DNA of 64,000 nt from an uncultured delta proteobacterium (GCA_963737905.1 CAVTUQ010000015.1:1-64000); one strand, 5' to 3'. Numbered from the stretch's first letter, positions 28,867 to 39,363 are shown. Numbers and translations: made by a program. Notes: generated by a model not told the origin, from the sequence alone.

Positions 28867-29842
28867 ATGCATAGACATTCTACCGACACGGCTTGGTTTT
28901 TCTCCGTCCTTATTGCTGCACTCATTTTGTCGCTCTGTTTGGCGGGGGTTGCTGCGGCACAGGGCAACACCAGTTTTGGGACAGGAGCGCTTCAGAACAA
29001 CACCACGGGGAGTTTCAACACCGCCATCGGGCTCGATGCGCTCTTTAGCAACAGCACGGGCAGCCTTAACACCGCCACCGGAGTCAATGCGTTGCTTAAC
29101 AACACCACGGGCGACTTCAATACCGCCAGTGGAGCCAATGCGCTCTTTAACAACACCACGGGCAGCCAAAACACCGCCGTCGGGGTCCAGGCGCTCCAGA
29201 GCAACACCACGGGCTTCAACAACACCGCCAGCGGGGTCCAGGCGCTCTAGCACCCCCGCATGCGCTCCTTAGCAACACCACGGGCAGCAACAACACCGCC
29301 GTCGGGTCCACAGCCGATGTGTCTGCTGGGAATCTGACCAACGCTACTGCTATGGCTTTGGAGCCATCGTCGATGCCAACAATAAAATTCGCCTGGGAAA
29401 CCCTGCGGTCACGGTGATCCAAGGGCAGGTGGATTTTACTTTTAGCTCGGACAAGACCAAGAAGGAAAACTTCCAGCCGGTGGATGGAGAAGAAGTACTG
29501 GGAAAGATTCGTGGCGTTGAGCTGTCGAGCTGGAACTTCATTGGCCACGATCCTAAAGAGTTTCGCCACTATGGCCCCATGGCGCAGGACTTCTTTGCGG
29601 CCTTCGGCCACGACGAAGTCGGACAGATCGGCACGGAGACGACGATCAACTCAGGCGACCTGGCGGGGATTCTGATGATCGCCGTGCAGGCATTGGAGAA
29701 GCGCACGGCGGAGCTAAAACAGAAGGAGGCGCAGATTGCAGCGCTGGCGGCGCGGCTGGAAGCGCTGGAGTTGCGAATCGCTCCCATCCAGATAACAGCC
29801 GAGAAAAACTTCGGCGAGAAGATGGTCGACGTTATGCAGTAA
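28867..29842 (+). pseudogene. Secreted trimeric beta-helix adhesin/tail-fibre-like protein with S74 intramolecular chaperone, disrupted
   Basis: Signal peptide; 14-aa repeats AL.NNTTG..NTA.G; SSDKTKKEN...HYGPMAQDF; stop at 29248 and frameshifts to ~29355. Confidence 0.75.
28987..29310 (+). repeat. 42-bp coding tandem repeat
   Basis: About 7 units of GCGCTC...AACACCACGGGC...AACACCGCC. Confidence 0.8.
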
Positions 29843-29948
29843 ACTTAATAGTGCCCGCATCGTAGCGGTAAGGAAGTGAGGGAAGGGAGACGCTGGCATC
29901 GATCGGAACAATAGCGTGCCATTTGGCGATTTGATCTCTACCACCATT

Positions 29949-30293
29949 TCACAGAACGGTTTCCACAGCGCTGAGAATGCTCCAGGACTGCGTTAACGCT
30001 TTGCTGTCGCAGTGCCCATTGGTATGGGTTTCTGGTTCGTCTTTGGCAGGGATCTCAGTAAGGCTTAGGGTTTTCGCCACGCGCTTTAAGCCGAGGGTCT
30101 TCAAGTTCTCTCGTAGATGCGCTGATAGTTGGGTACGGATTGCAAGCACGGGATGCGGCCGGCCTTTGCGGACAAGTGAGCTCAGGTCCATCAAGTAGTT
30201 ATCCAGGCTGGCAATATAGAGCATGTTTTTAACTGAATCGCCGATGATCGCTTGCTCCTTCGGTGAGGGATCGCCACCTAATGCCCTGACTAG
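29949..30293 (-). pseudogene. Phage/island hypothetical protein, N-terminus cut by IS1380
   Basis: Frame stays open upstream of ATG 30224 (LVRALGGDPSPKEQAIIGDSVKNMLYI) up to the probable IS end at 30294. Confidence 0.55.
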
Positions 30294-31659
30294 CCTGAAT
30301 TTTTCACCGATAGAGAAGAATAAGGCCGCACTTCATGGCATAAAGGTTGTGTCATCAAACAGTTACGCCAAGGGAGAAGAGCGGCCTTATGAGAACAGAG
30401 TGTACAACAGAACAAATGGAATTTCAGCAGCTGGGGCGGCGGCGAGTGGTCGGGAGATTTGACGGGGGCAAGATCAGCTCGGACGCAGGAGGTTTGTTAC
30501 TGCGGGAGGTGGAGAGTCGGTTTCAAATACTGAAGCGGCTAGCGAGAGAGTGTTTTCGAGACTATCGCGACAAGGATCGGATCGAGCACACGGTGGGGTC
30601 GCTGATTCGCCAGCGAGTTTACGGGATTGCGCTGGGGTACGAAGATCTCAACGACCATGACCGTTTACGCCACGATGTGGTGATGGGGCTGCTCAGTGAG
30701 AAGCGCGATCCGAGTGGAAAGGATCGAGTAAGGGAGCAAGACCAGGGCAAGGCGATAGCGGGCAAGAGCACGCTCAATCGACTGGAGTTAACGCCTGAAG
30801 ATGCCAACGAGAAGAGTCGCTACAAGAAGATTGTGGCCGACGGCGGGAAAATCGATGAGCTGATGGTGGCGCTGTTTATAGAATCGCATCAGAGTGCGCC
30901 GTCGGAGGTGGTGCTCGACGTGGATGCCACCGATGATCCACTGCATGGGAATCAGGAGGGCCGGTATTTCCACGGGTATTATGCAGAATATTGCTATTTG
31001 CCGTTGTATATCTTCAGTGGCGAGCACTTGCTGTGTGCGCGATTGCGCCAGGCCAATGAGGATCCGGCCAGTGGAGTGCGCCAAGAGCTGGAACGGATAG
31101 TTAAAAAACTTAAGGAGGCGTGGCCTACGGTACGGATCATTTTACGCGGGGACTCAGGGTTTTGTCGGGAAGAGATCATGAGCTATTGCGAAGGGGAAAG
31201 CCAGCTCGACTATGTGTTGGGATTGGCCAAGAATAGTCGTCTGATCAAAGCGATCGGCCCTGAGATGGGGCAGGCCCAAGAGGTCTATCAGTCGACGCAA
31301 AAGCCGGCTCGGGTGTTTAAGGATTTTCGGTATCGAACCCGCAAGAGCTGGTCCAGGCAACGACGTGTCGTGGGAAAGGCCGAGTACTTGGCCAAAGGAG
31401 AAAACCCACGCTTTATTGTCACCTCGATTGCTAGTGAGGAGAAACAAGCACGGGAGTTGTACGAGGACTTCTACTGTGCCCGTGGGGATATGGAGAATCG
31501 GATCAAAGAACAGCAACTGGGTTTGTTTGCCGATCGGACCTCCACATCGTGGATGCGTTCCAATCAGCTGAGGCTTTACTTCTCATCGTTCGCTTATATC
31601 TTGATGCACACGCTACGTCGGTTGGGGTTAGAAGGGACCGAGTTGGCCAAGGCCCAGTG
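30294..31659 (+). mobile_element. IS1380-family element, 3'-truncated; transposase from 30389
   Basis: SSDAGGLLL, GYEDLNDH, LDVDATDD, RGDSGF, YCARGDMENRIKE; transposase-like sequence ends at ELAKAQ; probable left end CCTGAAT. Confidence 0.88.
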
Positions 31660-31676
31660 GTTGTGGATTGGAGAGA

Positions 31677-31722
31677 ACTTCGGATCTGAGGGTTGGGGGT
31701 TCAAATCCCTCCGGGCGCGCCA
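31677..31722 (+). repeat. attR: duplicated tRNA-Arg 3' half
   Basis: Identical to 26720-26765. Confidence 0.93.
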
Positions 31723-31833
31723 ACCGATTCAAGTGTAACTCCGTCACCTCGCCGGCGGGTGTAAACATCTTACGATCTATCATTGACAGCGCTACACCCG
31801 AGCGTTAAAACAGGTGTTGTAATAATAGGATAA

Positions 31834-32046
31834 ATGCCTCCTATGGAAATCGCCGAAAGGATATTGCTTATTATCGGCGCTATTCTTTATTTCGTGCCAA
31901 CCGGTTTGGCGTGGTGGATGCATGTGAAAAGCGCCCGGACTATATTTTACGTCAACCTGGTCTTTGGTTGGACGATTGTCGGTTGGGTCGTCGCAGTAAT
32001 GTGGGCAATGGCGGAACGGAATGAACTTCCGACAAATTCTATTTGA
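31834..32046 (+). CDS. Superinfection immunity (T4 Imm-like) membrane protein
   Basis: LYFVPT..A.......IFYVNLVFGWTIVGWVVAVMWA; TTGACA-17-TAAAAC upstream. Confidence 0.82.
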   Translation: MPPMEIAERILLIIGAILYFVPTGLAWWMHVKSARTIFYVNLVFGWTIVGWVVAVMWAMAERNELPTNSI

Positions 32047-32290
32047 GTTGCGCCAGGAAAAAACCGGTTACCGGTGTGCAAGTCTACAAGCAGCGCCATC
32101 AGCGACTCTCCTAATCGCTCATTTCTGTTTTAGCTGAACCAATGTGAAGTTTCACTTTATCTGGGATAAGAAAAACCTTGGCTGAAGGCGCCGCTCCGAC
32201 CGATTTCGGTCGTATTTTGCCCGTCCCATGCTCGCGTTTGCAGCACCTGTGGGTGCCGCTAACGAATCGCGCCAGACGAATACTTGTCTG

Positions 32291-32467
32291 ATGCCTCCTA
32301 AATTCATTAACAAGCGCCAGGTTGCCCAGCTCTTCGGTGTGTCAAAGAGTACGATCGAGCGTTGGTTGCGGGACGGGAAGCTGCCCAAGCCCACAAGAAG
32401 ATTCGGCTGGGCGAGATGGCACTATGAGGAACTGGCAGCCTTAGTCAAAAGCAAGACGAAAATCTGA
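32291..32467 (+). CDS. AlpA/excisionase-like HTH protein
   Basis: INKRQVAQLFGVSKSTIERWLRDGKLPKP...ARW. Confidence 0.75.
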   Translation: MPPKFINKRQVAQLFGVSKSTIERWLRDGKLPKPTRRFGWARWHYEELAALVKSKTKI

Positions 32468-32523
32468 CGACTTGGCTCATGATCTGGCGGTCATTTAACG
32501 GTTCCGAGCGCACGAGCCGACGA

Positions 32524-32850
32524 TTAGGTTGTGCGTCCCTTGTCCTGTGAGTCAGCCAGTGCATTTTTTTGTTCACCAGCGAAAAGGTTAGAGTCCAACG
32601 ATGGGTTGTTTACTTTTGCCTGACTTTCTTCGGAAAGCCTACCGTCGACCCATCTTTTAGCTTCTTTCATCATTTGTTTTTCGGCGTTTCTCTTTGTCTT
32701 AAAGCCAACAGTGGGCCTCGGTAGCCAAACGTCGCGAAACGTTCGGGGGTCTTCATTAAATTGTATGTGGGTGCCCGCCTTCCACAGAGCGGTCTCTTTA
32801 TCTTGGTCAGCTTTTACAAAAATTAGATGATTACGATACCGTTCGACCAT
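32524..32850 (-). CDS. Hypothetical protein
   Basis: RBS GAGG before MVERYRNH. Confidence 0.55.
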   Translation of the reverse strand: MVERYRNHLIFVKADQDKETALWKAGTHIQFNEDPRTFRDVWLPRPTVGFKTKRNAEKQMMKEAKRWVDGRLSEESQAKVNNPSLDSNLFAGEQKNALADSQDKGRTT

Positions 32851-33107
32851 CTTTTTCCTCGTCTCCGAAAGATGATTTGCGTTTCCCGGCTTTCTCAAAT
32901 ACCGAGACTCTGGGCCTGATTCTTGTTTCCAGACTTTTTTCTTAATGCTATAGAAATTGACTGGAAACAAAGCCAGAGATAGCACAAGACGCTTTCTCTC
33001 ACAATCGGATTGTTTTACAAATTAACATTGTTTTCCGATCCCAGGGCTAAAGCTCCTTCGCTGTCAGATTCGAACGTCCTTTTGCTCCGAGCGAATCTAG
33101 AAATCGA

Positions 33108-33521
33108 ATGACCTCGCCTAAATTGAAGAGCATTGAGGTCGTTGCCGGCCTGATTTTCGACCAAGACCGCTTGCTGGTCTGTCAGAGGAATTCCCGAGGG
33201 TTCTTCGCCTTGAAGTGGGAGTTCCCGGGAGGAAAGTTGGAGCGGGGCGAAGAATATGAATGTGCTCTTCGGAGGGAGCTGAAAGAAGAGTTGGGCATCG
33301 AAGCGGGCCGTTTACGCGAGATCTTTCGGCATGAACATCTTTACCCCAAAATTGCGAGGGTAAACCTCAGGTTTTTCCGCGTCGAGGATTATTCTGGGGA
33401 GGTGAAAAACCTTGTCTTTCAGCAGATAAAATGGGTCCCCGTTAGAGATCTTGTGCAGATGGATTTTCTGGATGGCGATCTCCCTATAGTCCAAAAACTC
33501 GTGTCGTCCTACGGAGAGTGA
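33108..33521 (+). CDS. mutT: MutT/NudG-like nucleoside triphosphate pyrophosphohydrolase
   Basis: WEFPGGKLERGE...ALRRELKEELGI. Confidence 0.85.
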   Translation: MTSPKLKSIEVVAGLIFDQDRLLVCQRNSRGFFALKWEFPGGKLERGEEYECALRRELKEELGIEAGRLREIFRHEHLYPKIARVNLRFFRVEDYSGEVKNLVFQQIKWVPVRDLVQMDFLDGDLPIVQKLVSSYGE

Positions 33522-33648
33522 CTCTCATTCCCCCGCTAGTCTGTGGATTTTCGCGTGTGGCGAAACAAGTATAGCAAACTGATTCCTCTGTTTGACAGCG
33601 GGGGTCGCGGACGATATCCTAAGGAAAATTTTTTCCGTAAGTCGATCC

Positions 33649-34245
33649 ATGAAGCGCCTAAGTCCTCTTTTTCTCTTGCTTTTTTCAGGGTTTTGGCTGG
33701 TACCTCCCTGCGCGGCTGACGTGTATGTTTACAAGGACAAACAGGGCGTACTGACGTTCACTAACGTTCCGACGCACCAGGGTTTTCGGCGGGTAATCCG
33801 TGAGGGTAACGCAAGGCTCTCGAGTCCAGGGCTAACGGCCAATTCGTATGAGGGTCTTATTCGTTCGGCGTCCAACCGTTATAATGTCGATGCTGACTTA
33901 ATCCGGGCAGTTATCAAAGTCGAGTCAGATTTTGATTCGAGCGCCCGATCGAATAAAGGAGCGACGGGACTCATGCAACTAATGCCCGAAACCGCTCGCT
34001 TGCACAATGTCGCGGACCTGTATGATCCAAGTGCCAATATTGAAGGAGGGGTGCGCCACTTAAAACTGTTATTGGGGAGGTATCAGGGGGATCTTGAGTT
34101 GTCGCTTGCTGCATACAACGCAGGTATCAAGGCCGTCGAAAAGCACGGCGGTATTCCGCCATTTGCGGAGACTCGCGATTATGTCCGCCGGGTGCTAAGT
34201 TATTATCAAACTTATCGTGGCGACTCCTTGCAAGTGATGCAATAA
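33649..34245 (+). CDS. Lytic transglycosylase (SLT) with DUF4124-like N-terminus
   Basis: IKVESDF, GATGLMQLMP, LAAYNAG, ETRDYV. Confidence 0.92.
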   Translation: MKRLSPLFLLLFSGFWLVPPCAADVYVYKDKQGVLTFTNVPTHQGFRRVIREGNARLSSPGLTANSYEGLIRSASNRYNVDADLIRAVIKVESDFDSSARSNKGATGLMQLMPETARLHNVADLYDPSANIEGGVRHLKLLLGRYQGDLELSLAAYNAGIKAVEKHGGIPPFAETRDYVRRVLSYYQTYRGDSLQVMQ

Positions 34246-34294
34246 TTTCGGTATTGAGACGGCCGTCCGTTTCGACGTTCCCTCAGAGCTATCC

Positions 34295-34873
34295 GTGGTT
34301 TGGACGCTTCCAAATCTACTCAGTCTTTTTCGCATCGGTATCATCCCAGTCCTTGTCTATCTACTGACATTTACTGATCGATTATCGGCAATTTTGGCTG
34401 CCTCGTTATTTCTTATTGCTTCGATAACAGACTATTTCGACGGCTATTTTGCCCGCCGCAACCGAAGCGTTTCTGATCTCGGCAAAATTCTCGATCCGTT
34501 GGCCGACAAGCTGATGGTGATAGCGGTTCTCATCATGTTGGCAGCTCTGGATCGGCCAGGAGAACCAAGTGTGCCGGCATGGCTTGTGGTCGTCATCATT
34601 ACGCGTGAAAGCGCCGTAACCGTTATACGCGGGATCGCCTTATCTGAAGGCATCGTCATGCACTCGGAGATCCTCGGTAAATATAAGTTTATCCTGCAAG
34701 CGTTCGCGGTGGTCGGGCTGCTCATCCACTATACGTATTGGGGCGTGGATTTCTTCGTAGCGGGAATCTATTTCCTGGCTTTGTCGGCCGTCATCGCCGT
34801 ATGGTCGGGAATAAGTTACCACATTCAGTTTTTCCGATTGCGGCAGGCTAGGGTAACGCAGCGTCAGGTCTGA
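34295..34873 (+). CDS. pgsA: CDP-diacylglycerol--glycerol-3-phosphate 3-phosphatidyltransferase
   Basis: LPNLLS, TDYFDGYFAR...GKILDPLADK; followed by tRNA-Gly. Confidence 0.93.
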   Translation: MVWTLPNLLSLFRIGIIPVLVYLLTFTDRLSAILAASLFLIASITDYFDGYFARRNRSVSDLGKILDPLADKLMVIAVLIMLAALDRPGEPSVPAWLVVVIITRESAVTVIRGIALSEGIVMHSEILGKYKFILQAFAVVGLLIHYTYWGVDFFVAGIYFLALSAVIAVWSGISYHIQFFRLRQARVTQRQV

Positions 34874-34914
34874 AATTGACAACGCTTGTCGGTTGCTGTA
34901 GTTGATATAGGCAT

Positions 34915-34991
34915 GCGGGTGTAGCTCAGTTGGCTAGAGCGTATGCTTGCCAAGCATAAGGTCGGGAGTTCGACCCTCCTCACCCGCTCCA
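34915..34991 (+). tRNA. tRNA-Gly (anticodon GCC)
   Basis: GCGGGTG acceptor, TATGC-TTGCCAA-GCATA arm, GTTCGA, CCA end. Confidence 0.95.
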
Positions 34992-35255
34992 TCTTTCTCA
35001 TCTCTCTCGTCACCAGGGCGCTAACACTCCTCACTAATAGCTCGATCCATCCAGAGGTTACATTTAATGCTGCATCGAACCGTCAATCCTTTTCATTTCA
35101 TTGATCCGAGTGGCCGCCTCTAGTCAGCGATTCTAAATATTGCACGCTCCGACATCGAGGGCGTTGGCGGTTGTATTCCCATCGGCGTCCCTGTTTCACT
35201 TCGCCCGTCGCAAAACGGATGCTTTCCGAGATTCCAAAAAGCCGGCCAAAATTCC

Positions 35256-35286
35256 TTGACATATGAAATATTAGTATATAGATAAT
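35256..35286 (+). promoter_or_regulatory. Putative sigma70 promoter of the catabolic cluster
   Basis: TTGACA followed by AT-rich TAGATA/GATAAT at 17-19 nt. Confidence 0.4.
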
Positions 35287-35488
35287 CAATATCGACAATG
35301 TGATCCTCGCTGGCCGATGCTAGGTTTGTCCAATTCAAAAATCATTAGCCTGTTTTGTTGTTTGCGCCTTGGGCATTTGCCGGTCCGATAATTCATTTTC
35401 GCAAGAAACTTCAAACCACATGACAGTGAAAATATAACTCTAAGCAGAAGCTGTGGCCGTGGGGGACAAGTTAACTCAGGGAGAGAAA

Positions 35489-37072
35489 ATGAATGTAGGA
35501 AGCGATAATTATTTTACCGATTTCAGGGCATTTCTAAATGACCTGGAAAGGCGAGGCAAATTGTATCGATGGCGGCAACGCATAAATAAAGATACCGAAT
35601 TGATGCCGTTGATGCGTTTGCAGTATCGCGGTCTGCCTGATGACAAGCGACAGGTCCTGTTATTCGAAAAGATTTGCGACGGTAACGGAAAAGAATTCGA
35701 CGTCAAGGTTGCCACCGGAATGTATGGATCGTCCAGGCAGATTCTGGGCCTGGGTATGGGCTGCGAAGATCCTGGTGACATTTATGAAAAGTGGCACCGA
35801 GCGCTTGCCAAACCTCTCCCGCCCCGCCTGGTTGATTTTAGTCCATTGCATGAAGAGGTCTACAGTGGCTCCAGGTTAAGGCAATTCGGTCTAACGGATT
35901 TGCCGGCGCCAGTGGAAGAGCCAGGGTACAGTTGTGGCATTCGCTTTACGGCCCCGTTTATTACCAAAGATCCCGAAACCGGAATGCGAAATGTCGGGAT
36001 GTACAGCGGTCATTTCCGAGGTCGGCATAAACTTATTGCCGGCATTGCGCGCACGCATCACGCGATGCTCTATCATCATCCGGCTGCGGTAAAACGCGGC
36101 GAGCCGCTCCCGGTGGCCATTGTGTTGGGAGCGTTGCCCGATATCAATTACGTCGCCGCGGCCAATCTACCCTATGGGCTGGATGAATTGGAAGTCGCCG
36201 GCGCGATCCGGGGACGGCCCGTAGATCTCGTCCCCTGCAAAACGATTCCTCTAGAAGTTCCGGCAGAAGCGGAAATCGTTATAGAAGGAGAAATTTCTGT
36301 TGATGCCATGGAGCGGGGTGAGCCATTCAGCGATTATCCCGGCTATCTCATGGCGGAACGTGGATTGCGGCCCGTGATCGATGTGAAAGCTATCACCCAC
36401 CGGCGCGACCCGATTTTTACTGCCATCCTTGTCGGGCTTCCGCCGAGTGAGTCCAATGGCATCTCGCGCACCTGCCGGGAGATGATGCTCTATAACTTTC
36501 TCAAATACAGCTGCAATTTGCCGGAAGTTCTGGAGGTCTGCTGCCCGGAAATGGGTGGAGGATGGAACTGGTGGGTGATCCGTATGGCGAAAAGTCATCC
36601 GAGCAAGCCCAAGCAGGCCCTCCAGGCGTCTTCCGGCATGGACACGACAAACAAAGTCATCATCGTGGTGGACGAAGATATAGATCCCAAGGACCCCGAT
36701 ATGGTGATGTGGGCGATCAGCTTTGCGATGCAACCTCACCGCGACGTGCAGGTGATTACCGGCCGTTCTCCTTTGTTGGACCCTTCCGCCTATGCGCTGA
36801 TGAACCATCCGGAAGAGCGCTTTTATCCACCCCCCGTGGGATGCGGCGGGTTGTTGATCGACGCCACGCGCAAAGGCAAATACCCACCCGTAGGCTTGCC
36901 TAAGAAGAAGTATATGGAGCGGGCTTTGGAAATCTGGCGCGAGGCAAAGATGCCAGACCTTCAGCTCAAAACGCCATGGTATGGGTACTCGCTCGATCTC
37001 TGGACAGCTCAAGATGATCTGCTCGCGGAGGCTGTGGCCAACGGCGATTACTTTGCATCGGTAAAAAAATAG
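35489..37072 (+). CDS. UbiD-family protein, non-canonical active site
   Basis: UbiD motifs LEVPAEAEIVIEG, VDEDID, IDATRK; but NVGMYSG and GEPFSD. Confidence 0.88.
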   Translation: MNVGSDNYFTDFRAFLNDLERRGKLYRWRQRINKDTELMPLMRLQYRGLPDDKRQVLLFEKICDGNGKEFDVKVATGMYGSSRQILGLGMGCEDPGDIYEKWHRALAKPLPPRLVDFSPLHEEVYSGSRLRQFGLTDLPAPVEEPGYSCGIRFTAPFITKDPETGMRNVGMYSGHFRGRHKLIAGIARTHHAMLYHHPAAVKRGEPLPVAIVLGALPDINYVAAANLPYGLDELEVAGAIRGRPVDLVPCKTIPLEVPAEAEIVIEGEISVDAMERGEPFSDYPGYLMAERGLRPVIDVKAITHRRDPIFTAILVGLPPSESNGISRTCREMMLYNFLKYSCNLPEVLEVCCPEMGGGWNWWVIRMAKSHPSKPKQALQASSGMDTTNKVIIVVDEDIDPKDPDMVMWAISFAMQPHRDVQVITGRSPLLDPSAYALMNHPEERFYPPPVGCGGLLIDATRKGKYPPVGLPKKKYMERALEIWREAKMPDLQLKTPWYGYSLDLWTAQDDLLAEAVANGDYFASVKK

Positions 37073-37087
37073 GGAGACAAAACGAGT

Positions 37088-38203
37088 ATGGTAAAGCGAG
37101 ATACCAGTTACGAAGCCTGGCTCCGCGAAGAGGGCATTCCAGTCATTGAGGGATACGGGGTGGAAGACGTTACTGAATTGCCACGAAAGCCATGGGCGCG
37201 AACCGGCGGGCAAGGCGCTTATATTCAGCTCAAAGGCATGGAAGGCTTCACGGGTATGTACGTTGGGGAAATCCCCGCCGGCGGGGCCCTGAATATCGAA
37301 CGGCATCTCTACGAAAAAATCATTTACATTCTTCATGGCTTTGGGGCAACCGAAGTCTGGTCCGGCAACCATGAAAAAAAGAAGGTCCAATTCGAGTGGC
37401 AGCAAGGGAGCTTGTTTGCGGTTCCTCTCAACTGTTCGCACCGTTTAATCAATGGCAGCCGCGAGCCGGCTATTTTTTTGGCGGTGACCAGCGCGCCTTT
37501 GATGATCGACCTGCTCCATGACATCCCATTTGTGTTTGGCTGCGATTATGCCTTCGGCGAGCGCTTTGACGGGCGGGCTGATTACTTCGTGCCGACATCG
37601 AATCGGCAATTCCAAGGGGGTTTTTTTAACTGGGAGTCGAACTTTATCGCCGATGCCCGCGGGGCGCTCGTGGATCCCTCCGAGGCGAAGGGATACGGCG
37701 TACGCATAACCTCTTTCGATATGGGCGGCAGTACCTTGGTGGGTCACCTCGCGGAGTGGCCGGTGGGGCGTTATCACAAAGCCCACTTCCATACGGGGGG
37801 CGCGATTCTTTTAATACTTCGCTCCGAAGGGTACACCCTCATGTGGCCGCAGGAAGCAGGGATACGTCCATACAAATCGGGCAACGGCGATCAGGTTGTC
37901 AAAGTGAATTGGCGCGAAGCCAGCGTTTTCAGTCCACCCACGGGTTGGTTTCATCAACACTTCAACACGGGGAAAGAAAAGGCACGCCAGCTAGCGTTCC
38001 GCTACAGCAGCCAGTCCGGTAAGTATCTTTTCGGAGTCTGGAAAGCGATCAACAAAGAAGGCGTGCGCACGAGCATTCGCGAAGGCGGAACTCTCATCGA
38101 ATATGAGGACGAGGATCCGCAGATTCGGCAAGACTTCGAAGCCGCCATCGACAAAGTTGCCGTTCCAATGGAAATGCCGGTTTTTCAGTACGCCGAGCTG
38201 TGA
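37088..38203 (+). CDS. Bicupin (gentisate-dioxygenase-like fold)
   Basis: ERHLYE, YHKAHFH, FHQHFN cupin motifs. Confidence 0.82.
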   Translation: MVKRDTSYEAWLREEGIPVIEGYGVEDVTELPRKPWARTGGQGAYIQLKGMEGFTGMYVGEIPAGGALNIERHLYEKIIYILHGFGATEVWSGNHEKKKVQFEWQQGSLFAVPLNCSHRLINGSREPAIFLAVTSAPLMIDLLHDIPFVFGCDYAFGERFDGRADYFVPTSNRQFQGGFFNWESNFIADARGALVDPSEAKGYGVRITSFDMGGSTLVGHLAEWPVGRYHKAHFHTGGAILLILRSEGYTLMWPQEAGIRPYKSGNGDQVVKVNWREASVFSPPTGWFHQHFNTGKEKARQLAFRYSSQSGKYLFGVWKAINKEGVRTSIREGGTLIEYEDEDPQIRQDFEAAIDKVAVPMEMPVFQYAEL

Positions 38204-38219
38204 GAAACAGACACTTTTG

Positions 38220-39344
38220 ATGAATAGAATCGGCAAGAGATTGGTTCTCTGGTTGGGTTTCGGCTCCATTGTATGGTCGTTGAGCTCAATGGCCGAGAGT
38301 TCACAGCTTTACGGGCAAGGGGAGTGGGACAGGACAATCGATCTCGCGAAGAAGGAAGGCAGGGTCGTGGTTTCCGTTCCGACCAGCGCAGAGTTGCGGA
38401 AGGAATTCGAGGCCGGCTTTCAGAAAAAATTTTCCGGTATCGAGCTTGAGTTGAGCGTGGCGCGAGGCGCCAGTAACATCAACAAGATCGCCGAGGAACA
38501 GAACGCCGGCGTGCGCAACGTCGATCTCCATATCGGCGGGACGACGTCGATTGTAACCGGGCTCCTCGCGCCGAATTTACTGGCACCGATTCTGCCGTCG
38601 ATGTTGCTCCCCGAAGTCAGTGATCCAAAGAATTGGTGGGGCGGCCATATCTGGATCGACAACTCAAAGAAATACATCTACAGCTTCACGGCCTACATGA
38701 CAGAAACCGTTTGGTACAACTCAACGTTGGTCAAGCCTGAAGAGATCGTTTCTTGGGATAGCCTTTTGGATCCGAAGTGGAAAGGGAAGATTGCTATCTT
38801 GGATCCCCGCTCTCCCGGCTCGGGCGAATCCACGTGGGCCTTCTTGTTAAAGATCAAAGGAGAACAATTCCTTACCAAGCTCGCGGCTCAGGAGATGATG
38901 GTGGGCCGCAATCTTCGTCAATTGGGGGAGGCGGTGGCGCGGGGTAAGTCGGTGATTTCCATCGGGCTCTCCTATTACACGTATGTGCCTTTCATCAAGG
39001 CTGGACTGCCAGTCAGGCCGCTATCGGTCATTAGAGAAGGCTATTACGCGGCCAGCGGCAGCGGCAATCTCGCGATCCTCAAGAACGTCCCGCATCCCAA
39101 CGCTTCGAAGGTGTTCGTCAACTGGTTGCTGTCGAGGGAAGGACAGAGTGCTTTTACGAAAGCGATGGGGCAACCTACACGACGCTTCGACGTGGACACC
39201 CACTGGACGAGGGAGTTTGGCCACGTCGCAGCCAAGGAGGCCTTGACTCCTGAAAAATTCGATGAACTGGAGAACGGTTCCGAAGAGGTTGTGAACAAGT
39301 TCCGTAGGCCCGCAATGGCGTTGGCGGAAAAGCTTTTCCAATGA
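38220..39344 (+). CDS. ABC solute-binding protein (paralog 1 of 3)
   Basis: AKKEGRVVV, WWGGHIW, PHPNASKVFVNWLLSREGQ. Confidence 0.88.
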   Translation: MNRIGKRLVLWLGFGSIVWSLSSMAESSQLYGQGEWDRTIDLAKKEGRVVVSVPTSAELRKEFEAGFQKKFSGIELELSVARGASNINKIAEEQNAGVRNVDLHIGGTTSIVTGLLAPNLLAPILPSMLLPEVSDPKNWWGGHIWIDNSKKYIYSFTAYMTETVWYNSTLVKPEEIVSWDSLLDPKWKGKIAILDPRSPGSGESTWAFLLKIKGEQFLTKLAAQEMMVGRNLRQLGEAVARGKSVISIGLSYYTYVPFIKAGLPVRPLSVIREGYYAASGSGNLAILKNVPHPNASKVFVNWLLSREGQSAFTKAMGQPTRRFDVDTHWTREFGHVAAKEALTPEKFDELENGSEEVVNKFRRPAMALAEKLFQ

Positions 39345-39363
39345 ATATCGCTAAAGGTGCAAG

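Larger units (their letters stand above)
26720..31722. mobile_element. tRNA-Arg-integrated genomic island remnant (no integrase)
   Basis: 46-bp direct repeat of the tRNA 3' half at 26720-26765 and 31677-31722; phage-like and orphan cargo. Confidence 0.88.

Noticed and set aside
28987-29310. CRISPR-like regularly spaced repeats
   Set aside because: Units are in-frame 42-bp coding repeats without unique spacers; no cas genes
31677-31722. Second tRNA-Arg gene
   Set aside because: Only the 3' half is present; no D-arm or 5' acceptor strand
34915-35450. Island integrated at tRNA-Gly
   Set aside because: No duplicated tRNA 3' end or integrase seen in the window
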